A DNA stretch of 63,507 nucleotides, filler included, from Pelomyxa schiedti (GCA_020536535.1; 13 parts of 13 records of this genome joined end to end with filler, not necessarily neighbours in it), one strand, 5' to 3'. Positions 25,685 to 37,404 are shown, counted from the whole stretch's first letter. The notes: generated by a model not told the origin, from the letters alone. Numbers and translations: made by a program.

Positions 25685-27174
25685 CTACACAAGGTCCTTG
25701 ATGGTGAGGCGAACTTTGACTTGCTCCCATTGTGTGAAGTCGAGTGTGTTTGTTGCTGATATTGTCCATTCGGCCGCATTGTGATTGTTGCGTGCGGCGA
25801 GGAAGTGCTTGAGCGTGAACTCACCGGTGGTTTTGATGTCAGTTTCCACGTCGTTTTTCAGAACACAGAACTCCACTTGCTTGGCACTGGCATAAAGCCG
25901 CATTTTGATCACAGTGAGGGCCACGACTATCTTTTTGGGTGACAGAAGCCCATAGACTGCTATTTGGTAGTCCGCTGTCCTTTTGTGTGCTTCATCTGAT
26001 TGGCAAGTTACCCGGAAGCTGTTGCTACCGGGATTGGCAAAAGTGGCAGCCACGTTGTCTATGATAATAGTGAAGCGAGCGGGAGATACGACTAGTTTCC
26101 AGGTTAAACTGGAAGAAAAATGAGGGAGTAAGGGTATTTTACGGTTATGTGTAGTGCTCTTGAATCGTGTGCAAACACGCCGAAAACTCATTAAACTGGT
26201 ATCATTTAAGTTATCAGCAATCATTAGAATAATATGTGGAGGGAGGTCCAAAATATGTACACCTGGGATTGAGTCAAAGTTGCATCACAATGAATATGAG
26301 AACTCACCATGATATACATAAAGTGATTCCAGAGCTCTATCAACGTAACTGTGGAAAGCCTTTCTATTGATGACAAACTTCTAACATAAATTCTTCTGAT
26401 TAAATCAATATGGAACTTACTTGTTGTTTTGGAGTGCAGTCAAGAAGCCGTAGACCTTTGAGGGAATCAACAGAAGCCTGTTTTTGTTGCTCAGGTTAAT
26501 GGGTGAGGCCTCAAATGAGCACTTACTTTGGAATTGTTGTAGGAAGCTTGAATAAGGGCGATCTTTTTTTCTTCCAATTTAAGTGCCAATTCTTTCGTTA
26601 TTGCCACAAATTCCTCGTTAATCTCGGCCTCCACTCTTTCTTCATTCTACTTCACACAGGATAAAACTCAGACAGGAACCACACAAACATGATTTTGACA
26701 AGTACAAACGAGAGAGAAAGAAAGCAAGAAAAACCCACTGAATGATAAAGAAAGGGGAAACAAAACCAAGCAAAGCAAAAAAAAAGAAGGAACGGCACAT
26801 ACTGTAGACACATCCCTAAGCATCCTTTCCGAGAAAGACATGATGTCCTTCAGCACACCAAAGTCTACGCGTCGTCGCTTGGCTCCAGGCTCGACGGGCT
26901 TCTCATTGGGATTAGGGGAAGAGCCAGAAGCAACTGCGGCTGCCGACGACGACGTGGTCGTGGATGACGTCAGCGTCGACGACGACGACGTGGTCGACGC
27001 AGAGGAGCCCATGTAAGGAGGCGGGGAGGAGGAGCGGGACAGAGGCGGGGACGACGACGGGTCGGCGCGGCGCTGCTGCAGTTGCACTGCGGAGTGTGTG
27101 TAAGAGGGGTGCAACTGCAAGTTTGACCCTGGTGGAACACCGCCGCTGCCGTTGTTGTGCCGCTGCACAGACAT
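25685..27174 (-). CDS. F-box protein with Ser/Pro-rich N-terminus and basic NLS-like motif
   Basis: ILDLPPHIILMIADNLNDTSLMSFRRVCTRF is a classic F-box. First exon has AKRRR. Several small exons lie between. Confidence 0.7.
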
Positions 27175-28498
27175 GAATTTTCCTTTTTTTTTTGTTATTG
27201 GTTTGGGGTGCTGTAGATGATGAAGGTCTGGGCGACCCTGTCTTGTGAAACTGGAGAATGCAATTGGGAGTTTCTCTAGGATGGTTACCTTGATTTCATC
27301 ACGCTGGCAGGCGAGTTCCACAGAATCAAAAAAAAAAAAAAAAACGAACTCTTTGCCGTTTTTCGGTGGAGGACCCGCAGAGTTTGTGTGCCAATGTGTA
27401 ATTGTTTTTGATTGGAGTCAATTGGTTTCTTTCCCCTTGTTAAGAATCCAACGCCTGTCTCACATAATCAACCAAATGGCAACTGCAACAGGCACTACGA
27501 TGCTCATCGACAGCGGTGAGTGCATCAAGTCTCAGTGTTCCCACCAAAGTTCCTTTTTAGGCCCGGCACTTATAATGCAGGCTGTTGATGACAGGCTTGT
27601 TCCATTCGAACAAAACATAAGAGTACCTGTTCAAATCCCACGCAGAAAGCGGGGTTGCATTGGGCACGCCGGTGCCTCACCTGGAGTCACCCTCACCACA
27701 TCAACACCACCAAGCCGCACAACACAGCTGGCCGCCTTTGACAAAGTGACCACAACTCCCTCTACCTCGCCAATTTGGAATCCTATCACTCCATGATCAA
27801 GTACATGCCGTGGAATGTCAAGGTGTTCGTTGGTTCTGCTTCGAATTGACGGGTGCTTCCACGAGCAAAAGCTTACAATTCGTTGGTGTTGGAATTGATC
27901 TGCACACACTCTTGCACGATAGAGAATATTCCATCGGAGCTGTTGGATTTTGTTGTGCCATCCATGATTTTGAAAATCCGCAGAACAGATCGTATAGGAA
28001 CACACTAATCTCGTAAAACCAAAAAAATAACGGCTTGAAATACCACCCAGCAGGCACTAGTGCTGTGGTGGATCCACAAATCGCACGTTCTGCCCTAGTG
28101 TGCTCCTTTTTCTATGATACAATTAACAATAACAAAATCGTCAGTGATCTCCCAGCTGGTAACTGCCTGATGGGACCAGGTCTACTTGCAAAGTATGCTG
28201 CTTCATCCTTTTCCTCTTCCTTGTACTCTCCACCGACATCCCACATTGGATCACGGGTCCGCTTATTACTCGAGTGGAGAAGCTCTTCCAACCTGAGTTG
28301 AGCCCCCACAATCCCTGAGAATTCCCACGAACCGATTCCTGTTGACTTTAATGCGAAACTGTTTCGAGTATGACCCACAAAAGGTGCCTCTCACAGGTTT
28401 TCTAATTTAATTTCTCGTTATAGAGGCCCGACTCTATATCCTACATGAGCCCATGCCAGAGGACAGGAACCCTCAAATGTGCTGGAAGAACTACTTGT

Positions 28499-29348
28499 GC
28501 TTTCCTCTGTGTCATCGCATCGTGTTGTGCGTGCACGACCAGAGGTGGGGGATGATATCGTGCACGGTGGCTGTTGGGTGGCACTGGGCAATCATTACGT
28601 TACGGCTGTGCGTTTTGTACTGTTTAACTTGAAATGACAAAGCCTCACATCTGAGAATACGATTGAGAAGAAAACGATCCGACGCAGATCCACCTTTTCT
28701 TCGTTCATCAACAATTATTGGAGCGATCGCTCACACTCCAACCCAACTCCAACCCATATTGCTCAACTCCAGCTGTTAGAAACCAGCTTCGGAATGCCGG
28801 AACAGACATCAACTCCGCACTCGATGAAGAACATGCCAAGGGACTCTCAGGGGCTTCGGCTGGTATGCCTTGCCTTCTTTTAAGATATATTCTGTTCCCG
28901 TTGCTTGTTAAGAACATAATCACACGAAACCTCGAGGTTTTTTCCTTTTTTTTATTCTCAATTGGCTGAGACTAGATGAAAACATCCTTTCCGCCAAACG
29001 ACGAGTTAACTTTTTCCGTTGATTATTTTATTATTAACAACCAATAGCTTAGAAGAGAATAATAAACTCGTTTGAAGACAAGGCGGTTTTGTGATTAGTG
29101 AGGTGACAGGGTGCGACAGCACCACAATCCACTTAAGAACAGCCTCGTTAAAGAAGAGTTTAGAAAGGCGGATAGAAGGAGTGCGGTGTGTGAGTTCTAA
29201 TCCTATTCCCTGTTTCCCCTGCGCCACACAAGGTACAACAAATTCCCAAGTTGGCCAACCCCAACTTCATCCAACAACAACAAAAGGAATTCCGCCACAA
29301 GCAACAAACACACAACACTATGAGTGGCGCCAACAACACAAACACACC
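28499..29348. repeat. Duplicated block, second copy at 31224-31898, including the upstream region and 5' end of the toxin-like gene
   Basis: 28499-28945 matches 31224-31665 with a few substitutions and indels. 29229-29348 matches 29449-29568 and 31778-31898. Confidence 0.9.
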
Positions 29349-29540
29349 NNNNNNNNNNNNNNNNNNNNNNNNNNNNNNNNNNNNNNNNNNNNNNNNNNNN
29401 NNNNNNNNNNNNNNNNNNNNNNNNNNNNNNNNNNNNNNNNNNNNNNNNACAAGGTACAACAAATTCCCAAGTTGGCCAACCCCAACTTCATCCAACAACA
29501 ACAAAAGGAATTCCGCCACAAGCAACAAACACACAACACT

Positions 29541-31123
29541 ATGAGTGGCGCCAACAACACAAACACACCACCCAAGTACAAGATACTCGAGGGCGTCCAC
29601 GTGGACAAGCCCGGAGGACCGCCTCTGAACCTCAAGGAGCAGATGTCCCTGCGGTACTGGAGGCAGGACCCCAACGCCGGCTACACCTACAAAGTGATAG
29701 CCTCCAGCAACCCCACCCCCGGCCTCAAATCCATCGAAAACCCCCACGTCGCCAGCGGCCTCCAGGACATCCACGCCGGCACCTGGAACAAAGTGCACGT
29801 GTCCGTCACCGAGGGCGTAGGCGTGCACGCCTACCACCACCCCGGCACCGGCACCGTCGTCTCGTACAAGCTGACCTCGGCCGCCCAGCAGGCAGCAAAG
29901 GGCTCGGCACCCGGCGGCGGCCTAGGCGGCGGCGGCGTGGGCGGCGGCGGCGTGGGCGGCGGCGGTGTGGGCTGGCGGGCATACAGCGCGCTGACTGGCG
30001 CCGTCCGCGTCTACGAACTCGCGGACCTGGCGGTGTCCGCGTACACGTTTGGGGCGGCCGCTGCCGCGGGGGACTACAGGACCTGCGCGCGCGAGGCCGG
30101 GGCCGTGGCAGGGGGCTGGGCCGGCGCCGAAGCCGGGGGCTGGGCTGGGGCCGCCATCGGCGGGGCCATCGGCGGACCCCCGGGTGCCCTAGTGGGCGGG
30201 CTGGTCGGGGGCGTACTCGGCGGCTTTGGCGGCGGCTACCTCGGGGGCGAGGCGGGCGGCGCCACCTTCGACGCGTGCATGGACGGCGCGGGGCTGGGCC
30301 CCGGCGGCCCCGACGGCGACGGCGGCGGCGACATTGGCGGCGTGGCGGTGCGCGGGGTCAGGGCGATACCGGGCCTTGGGGACAGCGCCGAGTTCCTGAC
30401 GTCGCGGCAGCACCACGTGGGGGTGCCCGTGAGGTCGCCCACGAGGATCCCTCTGCTGGGCACCGTGGGCCTCGTCGGGGGAGCCCAGACGCTGGCGAGC
30501 AGGATTTTCGGCGAGATATACTGGGGCACCGTGGTGGAGCACGCCGAGCTGATGTTTTCGCTGCACTTCAACAACGAGAAGACGCTGTACCCTGTGCTGC
30601 ACCCGTACTATAGGACCACGCTTGTTGGGAGGGTGCTGGGCCTGCTGGATTACTTCTTGAAGGGCTTCATTAATGGGGGCGTGTACCCGCCGGAGTTTTT
30701 ACTGTCTTGGCACAAGCTTCGGAATTGCGACCGAGAGTATTTGAAGGCTCACGTTGTCGATATACGGCACCACCTTCGATCGAACCGGCTTCACTTGGAC
30801 TATCATTCCCTTGATGAGCTGTTGGACGATCAGGCTGAGGACCAGACAGGGACTCCCAAGGAGCAAGAGTACTTTTCGGCATTCCGCATTCTTGGAGTAA
30901 TGGACAACTTGAATGTTGATGGAGATTGCCTTGTACCTCACCCCACATTTGATGTGGAACACGACTTGAATCCATCGGCATCTACCAAGGCTAAATTATC
31001 ACAATCTATCAATGCTGATGCTCATACTGCTCATAAGAAACGCAGTGATACATACCAGTGCATGCATGAGCTCATCAAGGAGTTAATGCCGCAAGTTCCT
31101 ATGTTCACAGAGTACTTTGATGC
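29541..31123 (+). CDS. Putative toxin: polymorphic-toxin-like N-terminal domain, glycine zipper and conserved 'IGGV...SLHF...TLVGRVLGLLDYFLKG' domain (3' end truncated by gap)
   Basis: Intronless open frame of more than 520 codons. NLKEQ..DPNAG..W.KV..GVGVHAY..TG.V.SYK motif. GAVAGGWAGAEAGGWAGAAIGGAIGGPPGALVGGLVGGVLGG zipper. Confidence 0.7.
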
Positions 31124-31998
31124 NNNNNNNNNNNNNNNNNNNNNNNNNNNNNNNNNNNNNNNNNNNNNNNNNNNNNNNNNNNNNNNNNNNNNNNNNNNNN
31201 NNNNNNNNNNNNNNNNNNNNNNNTGCTTTCCTCTGTGTCATCGCATCGTGTTGTGCGTGCACGACCAGAGGTGGGGGATGATATCGTGCACGGTGGCTGT
31301 TGGGTGGCACTGGGCAATCATTACGTTACGGCTGTGCGTTTTGTTCTGTTCAACTTGAAATGACAAAGCCTCACATCTGAGAATACGATTGAGAAGAAAA
31401 CGATCCGACGCAGATCCACCTTTTCTTCGTTCATCAACAATTATTGGAGCTCACACTCCAACCCAACTCCAACCCAGATTGCTCAACTCCAGCTGTTAGA
31501 AACCAGCTTCGGAATGCCGGAACAGACATCAACTCCGCACTCGATGAAGAATATGCCAAGGGACTCTCAGGGGCTTCGGCTGGTATGCCTTGCCTTCTTT
31601 TAAGATATATTCTGTTCCCGTTGCTTGTTAAGAACATAATCACACGAAACCTCGAGGTTTTTTCCTTTAAAAGTTAACTCGTCGTTTGGCGGAAAGGATG
31701 TTTTCATCTTAGTCTCAGCCAATTGAGAATAAAAAAAATTCCGGTCCGTTGATTATTTTATTCAGCCAATTTGTAAGACAAGGTACAACAAATTCCCAAG
31801 TTGGCCAACCCCAACTTCATCCAACAACAACAAAAGGAATTCCGCCACAAGCAACAAACACACAACACTATGAGTGGCGCCAACAACACAAACACACCNN
31901 NNNNNNNNNNNNNNNNNNNNNNNNNNNNNNNNNNNNNNNNNNTTAATTAATTAANNNNNNNNNNNNNNNNNNNNNNNNNNNNNNNNNNNNNNNNNNNN

Positions 31999-32200
31999 TG
32001 TCCTCACCAGTTGGCAAGTTTCTGAGAGTTGCCACTTGGTCTGGCTGTATCCTCCTTGTTATGTCCGGGGGGGAGCCGATGCACCCAACCAGCATCGACG
32101 AATCCGAGAAGCCTCCAAACGTCTCAAACATCACAGACCTCACAACGGCCACAGTCGGCGACAAGCAGAGCCACAAGTGCACCTCGTGCTCCAAAGGTTG
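31999..32200 (-). CDS. Fragment of a lineage-specific family protein
   Basis: VHLWLCLSPTVAVV resembles the family 'F.VS.TLGVV' motif. Truncated by the contig end. Confidence 0.3.
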
Positions 32201-32336
32201 CCGAAAACGTGCGTCGGTTCCGGCACACCTGATGGTCTGCGAAAATGATGGTCGCCGAAAAATTTGGGTGTTGGAACGAAGGTTTCACAACATACGGAAT
32301 TCAGATCATTTGATTCTCAAGCCGCCTTAACTTATG

Positions 32337-33364
32337 TGCGGCGCCGCTGCCCGCTGCTGAGGCTCACTACGACGGCGAGCGGTACCGGCTCGATTGTGGG
32401 ACGCGGCGGTGTTGGTGGCTGTGGCGAGGCTGGGAACCAGGTCGTGAGGCTGCTGTGGGCGGGGTCGCGAGAACCTCGAGGTGGTGGATGAACCCGGGTG
32501 CCGAGATTGTGGGAGCCAGTCAGGACCACCTCGTGGTCCGGCGGAATGGCAGGGGTACTACCTGCAAGACAGGGCCACTGGCAAGAGGACGGCCGTGCTG
32601 ACACCACAAAACGAGGATTTGGGGGGATTTCGATTTGCAACGAACGGGAAGTGGCTGGTGTTTTGTGGCAGGAAACGGGAACGGGATAGGATAGTTGTTT
32701 TTGAGATACCGAGGAAGAACAGTGGTGAGGAAGAAGCAACAGCAACAGCAGACAACATCAACATCAGGAAGCCAACCGTTGTGGTGCTTGGTGACAGGTG
32801 GAAAGATAGCAGGCCTCAGTTTGTGTGTGGCAACGAAGACCAATTATTCCTTCACTGCTGTGATTCTGGCAGCAGACCCGCATCATTTTTTGAGCTTGTT
32901 CTCGTGGATGTTGCACAGACATTCTCATCAAAGAGACTGGCAGTGTTGAGTTCAACTGTTCCAAGATTGAATGACTTGCCACCACACCTTTGCAGATATG
33001 AGTTCTTTTTTGGCAACAGCTCCTGTTTTGCATTCCTCAAACAGAATGAGAGTGGCGCATCCCGCTGTTTTGTCATGAAAAGGAGTCCACACTCCATTTT
33101 CTCTTTCCCTCTCCCTTTGTGGACTTCATCAGAATGGATGAGGGAACAGGAAAACTGCAACCAATGTTTCAGGCCCCTGCAGCAACCAATCATTATCCTC
33201 TGTCACAGTGGAACCAATCACAGTTCTGTGTTTTTGGTGCCAAACAAGATGCCTATGAAGTGTGGGATGTGAATGAAACAAACAACCCAGCTGCTCTTTT
33301 CTCTGGTGTGGATGATGATGTTGCGTCCGTCGCACTGTGGTGCTTTGTGGGCCGACGCTGGTAA
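32337..33364 (+). pseudogene. Degenerate HPRCG-family gene
   Basis: YLQDRATGKR, FATNGKWLV, FELVLVDVAQTFSSKRLAVLSSTVPRL, then a frameshift near 33110 into DEGTGKL..NQSQFCV..VWDVN. N-terminal deletion and missing C-terminus relative to the 37571 copy. Confidence 0.75.
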
Positions 33365-33540
33365 CATGTGACAGCGTTCTGGGAGCTAGATGCCACAGAA
33401 GGACTCGGACCCGGTCAGAGTGGCCAGCCCACAGAATAGACGAGACACAGATCACGACAACTGGTCGGATCCTCTTGGATCTGTTGAGAGAAACTCTTTT
33501 TTTCCCTTCATTTCTCCGAATCACCAACTTCTTGAAAACC

Positions 33541-33838
33541 ATGACGACAACGACTTTGTCAAAGCCACGCGTGGGATCCAGGGAGTGGTTCAAGGCCGCA
33601 CATGATGGCGACAGTGACGCACTGCGGCGCCTGCTGGCCGGCGACCGCGACCTACTAAACTCTGTAGACAACGAACTACAACGAGTGGTGTGAATTGCGT
33701 AGCAACTCTTTTTTTTTTTTTCACACCGATAATAATTCCTTTGGGCACACACAGACAGCGTTGCATACAGCCACGTGGGCAGGGAAACCGCAGTGCGTTG
33801 AGTTCCTATTGTCAATGAATGTCGATGTCAATTCTCAG
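33541..33838 (+). CDS. Ankyrin-repeat protein, 5' exons
   Basis: WFKAAHDGDSDALRRLL..LLNSVD | TALHTATWAGKPQCVEFLLSMNVDVNSQ. Confidence 0.75.
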
Positions 33839-33989
33839 GTAAGGGCCCTTATTTTGAGGTACTCACTGACTCACCCACAAACTTGTATCTCTCACTTCAC
33901 AGATTGTATGTAATACTATCCTGATTATGTTTTCAATCCCTCTCCTCTAAAAACGTAAATCCAGGGGTCACCTGTACGTACAGCCATAA

Positions 33990-34297
33990 CTTTTCAATCC
34001 CTTTATTGCGTTTATTCACTTGCTTCAATTTCTCTCTCTTTGTTTTGCTCTGTGGCATGTTCAGGATGTGTGTAACTGCCCCCCAACCCTTTTTATCATG
34101 TTTATTCATCAATTTTCTGACTTGCTTCAATTTCTCTCTCTTTGCTTCTCTCTATGATAAACTCAGGGAGTGTGTAACTGCTCCCAACCCCTTTTATCGT
34201 GTTTATTCATCAGTTTTCTGACTTGCTTCAATTTCTCTCTCTTCACTTTGCTCTGTGGCATGTTCAGCTTGTGTGTAACTGCTCCCAACCCCTTTTA
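33990..34297. repeat. Tandem repeat of about 100 bp, about 3 copies
   Basis: ACTTGCTTCAATTTCTCTCTC...GTGTGTAACTGCYCCCAACCC recurs at about 34018, 34120 and 34221. Confidence 0.85.
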
Positions 34298-34397
34298 NNN
34301 NNNNNNNNNNNNNNNNNNNNNNNNNNNNNNNNNNNNNNNNNTTAATTAATTAANNNNNNNNNNNNNNNNNNNNNNNNNNNNNNNNNNNNNNNNNNNN

Positions 34398-35521
34398 GCT
34401 ATTGCTGCTGTCTCCCAGTCATTGTCTCCCATTTCCGCGGTCAGTAGTGCACACACTGCGTCGTCCACCTCGCGGCTGATCGCCACTGCAGCTCGCTTTC
34501 CAATCCTCTGTAGTATAGGTGTCGCTGAGGTGTCGTCTGGTGTTGTGAATATCCCGGTTTTGGCTAGTGCCACCAGCTGTCCTCTCTTTATCACCACGTC
34601 TGTGGTTCCGCTATTTGCTATGGTCAGCCTTCCCACCCGCTGCTGGTCCAGTGTTGTGGTCCCTTCCTTGACGTGGACCATTCCCCTGGGGAGCACCGCC
34701 GATCGTACGCTTAGCGTCCTTCCAGCGTCGTCTGGGTTGTTTGATTCGATTGCCACCGCGCCTTCGTCACCTGGCTTTACGTAGCAGTCCGCTGTAGCCA
34801 TCAAGGCGGACTTGATTCCGCAACCTGCCGGACCTGCGAAATTCTTCATCCAGTCTCCACACTGTATGCGTCCCTCGGCGATGTTCAGCTCGGCCTTTAG
34901 CTTGCCCAGTAAATCCATCCCAACCAGCACTTGAACAGGGCATCCTTGCATGGTAACGAACTCGTGTTGCAATCGCTGCCCACACGCGTGCAAGGGTACT
35001 ATGGTGCGGCCCGTGGCTGCTGCTCGTCCCCCGATTCCTGCAACTCTGCCACACCATGGTGATCTGGTGATGTCGTCCCTTGTGGTCTGTAACCACCTGA
35101 ATGTCGTCTCGTCCAGGATGGATAGTGTTGCTCCGGTATCCAGTGTGAGTGCCACCTTCTTGCCTGCGATCCTTCCTTTGATCCTGGGGAGGGTTGCTCT
35201 GACTTTCCCTTCCTCAAACAGACATACTTTGCCCATTATGACCATCTTCTCCCCTTCCTCGGCCTCCGGTTCTGTGTGGTTACTGTGCTCGTTGGTTGGG
35301 TCCTTCTCTGTGGTATCCTCTGGTGTAAACACCTTGCTGTGTTGTGTAGGTGCGTTGCTATGCTCTGCTGAGAGCTGTGTGGGGTTTGCTCTGCTCCTAC
35401 TCGCTCCCTCGGATGAGCGGTGTTGTTCCCTTGTATGGTGTGTGGAACTGCCTGTAATGAATTGTTTTCCATCGAAAATTGGGTGCTGCCTGTGGGGGCA
35501 AGTGTCAGGGCTTCCAATGCC
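34398..35521 (-). CDS. pol: Pol N-terminus: retropepsin protease and downstream dUTPase-like beta spacer (3' truncated)
   Basis: GKKVALTLDTGATLSIL..GIGG..VLVGMDLL, then VKPG...IANSGTTDVVIKRGQLVA. Confidence 0.8.
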
Positions 35522-35866
35522 CTAGTGTTGAGTGGTTTAGGCAGGGAGTCACCCAATAGACAATCTCCTGCGCGATTTAGATTAGGCGGAGAGTCACCCA
35601 GAAGACATTCCTCCGTACGTTTAATCCTGATGGGGGCTCCACCCATCGGTATATTATTGGGGTAGAAGTAGTATGTATTAGGCTGTGCCACCCAGGCACT
35701 AGATATGGGTCTGGTCGGTTGTGAGCAACAACTTCCCAGTGTGCGGAGTACTCCCTCATTGGGTAAATGTGTGTTCATTGCAGTGTTTGTGGTACCCTTG
35801 TGCTCTACTCCTACACTCATGTGAAGAATGCAATAGGTGTTTAATTTTCTTATTATCCATTAGCAT

Positions 35867-37156
35867 TTAGCTTTTGTTGGGACTACTTGGTGTTGAGAGC
35901 CTCAGCAGATCGGCCCGATCCCTGTCCAACCGCTCGAGTTGAGCTCGCACCTCTGCTGGGTGTTCCGCTATCCACTTGGGGCAGTGGTTCCTGGAGTGGG
36001 GTATTGGGTGTTGACAAATTGGGCATGGGTTTTGGCAGTCTTTCCGCAAGTGCCCAGTCTGATTGCAGAGATAGCACCGTTGAGGGCCCCCTCTGGGGTA
36101 GTGCCTCTGGTAGGGGTATCCACCTTGGTTTGGGATTGAAGGGAAAGGACTGATGAAGCTTGGCACTTGGTACGTGGGTGGTGGTGTTGGTGGGATGGCT
36201 AGCAAGCTTTGTGTTGGTGGGCTTGCCATTGGTGGTGCATATGTTGGGGGCACTGTAATCATTGGGCCTGGTGCTCCGTTCTGTTGAGGCATGCTTGGCG
36301 GGGTGCCGTACAGCATACCGTGTGGCTGTTGGCTTGTTGTTGTGGCGTGTGGGGTTGATGCTGGTTTGTTCCCTTGTGGGTGGTCTCCCCCGTTGCTTGG
36401 ACTGCTGGATAGGAGTGCTCTGTGGTTCTCCATCTCCTCCCGCAACCTGCCCATGGTCCTCAGTAGGTCTCTCCTCTCCTCAACACCTTGTCCCCCTTCC
36501 CCTTCGGTTGTCTTGGCCTTCTTCGGTGGTTTCGGTTTCCGTTGCGTGCTCTGGCTGCTATGGTGTCTCTTCCGTGTCGGCTTGTCCTCATCTGTGCTGC
36601 CATCGCTCCCATCGCTATCAGTTGCTGGGCTGTTCGTCTGGATCAGTAGCGCCTCGTCACGAGTGTCCCGTCGAGCCTGTCTCGCCTCCTCCGCCACCCT
36701 CCTTGCTTCTTCCTCGCATTGGGCCTGTGCAGTGAGCATTTCCACACTATCCACAGCCTTGGCGCGTACCACACCCTCTTGTATGTCTGGTAGTAACCCC
36801 TTCCTTATCCGTTTTACCAGTTTCTTTGCTGACATGCGTGGGTTAATTTGTAGCCATCGTTCCTCTTGTTCCCTGATGTAGTCTGTCACCAGCTCTGAAG
36901 GCTCCTGCTTCCTTGCTGCCACCTCCTTCTTGTAGAGACTTGCGCGGTCCTTGTCAACCCATTTCCTCCGGAATGCTGTTATCACTTCACTGATGGGCAT
37001 TTCGTCAGGTATGTCCCTCAGCCACCTGCCTGGGGCACCTGTCATTGCCCCCCGGAATTCTGCAAGTGCCCTCTTGTTTTCTATTCTCTTGTTTTCAATG
37101 AGGCTCTCCAGGTCTGCCAGCCACTGTAGAATTTTGCCTGTGTCTGCTCGGCGGAT
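35867..37156 (-). CDS. gag: Gag protein (5' truncated)
   Basis: Capsid-like region and CYLCNQTGHLRKDC knuckle followed by CPICQHPIPHSRNHC. Confidence 0.85.
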   Translation of the reverse strand: MRRADTGKILQWLADLESLIENKRIENKRALAEFRGAMTGAPGRWLRDIPDEMPISEVITAFRRKWVDKDRASLYKKEVAARKQEPSELVTDYIREQEERWLQINPRMSAKKLVKRIRKGLLPDIQEGVVRAKAVDSVEMLTAQAQCEEEARRVAEEARQARRDTRDEALLIQTNSPATDSDGSDGSTDEDKPTRKRHHSSQSTQRKPKPPKKAKTTEGEGGQGVEERRDLLRTMGRLREEMENHRALLSSSPSNGGDHPQGNKPASTPHATTTSQQPHGMLYGTPPSMPQQNGAPGPMITVPPTYAPPMASPPTQSLLAIPPTPPPTYQVPSFISPFPSIPNQGGYPYQRHYPRGGPQRCYLCNQTGHLRKDCQNPCPICQHPIPHSRNHCPKWIAEHPAEVRAQLERLDRDRADLLRLSTPSSPNKS

Positions 37157-37257
37157 NNNNNNNNNNNNNNNNNNNNNNNNNNNNNNNNNNNNNNNNNNNN
37201 TTAATTAATTAANNNNNNNNNNNNNNNNNNNNNNNNNNNNNNNNNNNNNNNNNNNNC

Positions 37258-37404
37258 GTGGCGCTGGCCGTCGCGCCAGTCGCCGTCGTAGGTGTGCTGC
37301 CCGTCGGGCTCCTGCCACGCGAGCTTGCCCCTGCCGTCTCGCTTGTTGTTGACCAGCCGCCCCGTGTACACACCACCGCCATCAACGGACTCCACACCAG
37401 CCAT
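37258..37404 (-). CDS. MORN-repeat protein, 5' fragment
   Basis: YTGRLVNNKRDGRGKL..YDGDWRDGQRH. Confidence 0.8.

Larger units (their letters stand above)
34398..37156 (-). mobile_element. Ty3/Gypsy-type LTR retrotransposon internal fragment (gag and protease)
   Basis: Retrotransposon gag (FRRKW...RKQEPSELVTDY...IRKGLLP), zinc knuckle, and aspartic protease LDTGA...VLVGMDLL. No LTR or RT within the contig. Confidence 0.88.

Noticed and set aside
29324-30613. Long Arg-rich alternative-frame and antisense ORFs here and over other GC-rich exons
   Set aside because: They are shadow ORFs caused by high GC3 in the true frame.
33990-34297. CRISPR-like array (also considered for 54472-54556)
   Set aside because: The whole unit repeats with no unique spacers, there are no cas genes, and the context is eukaryotic.
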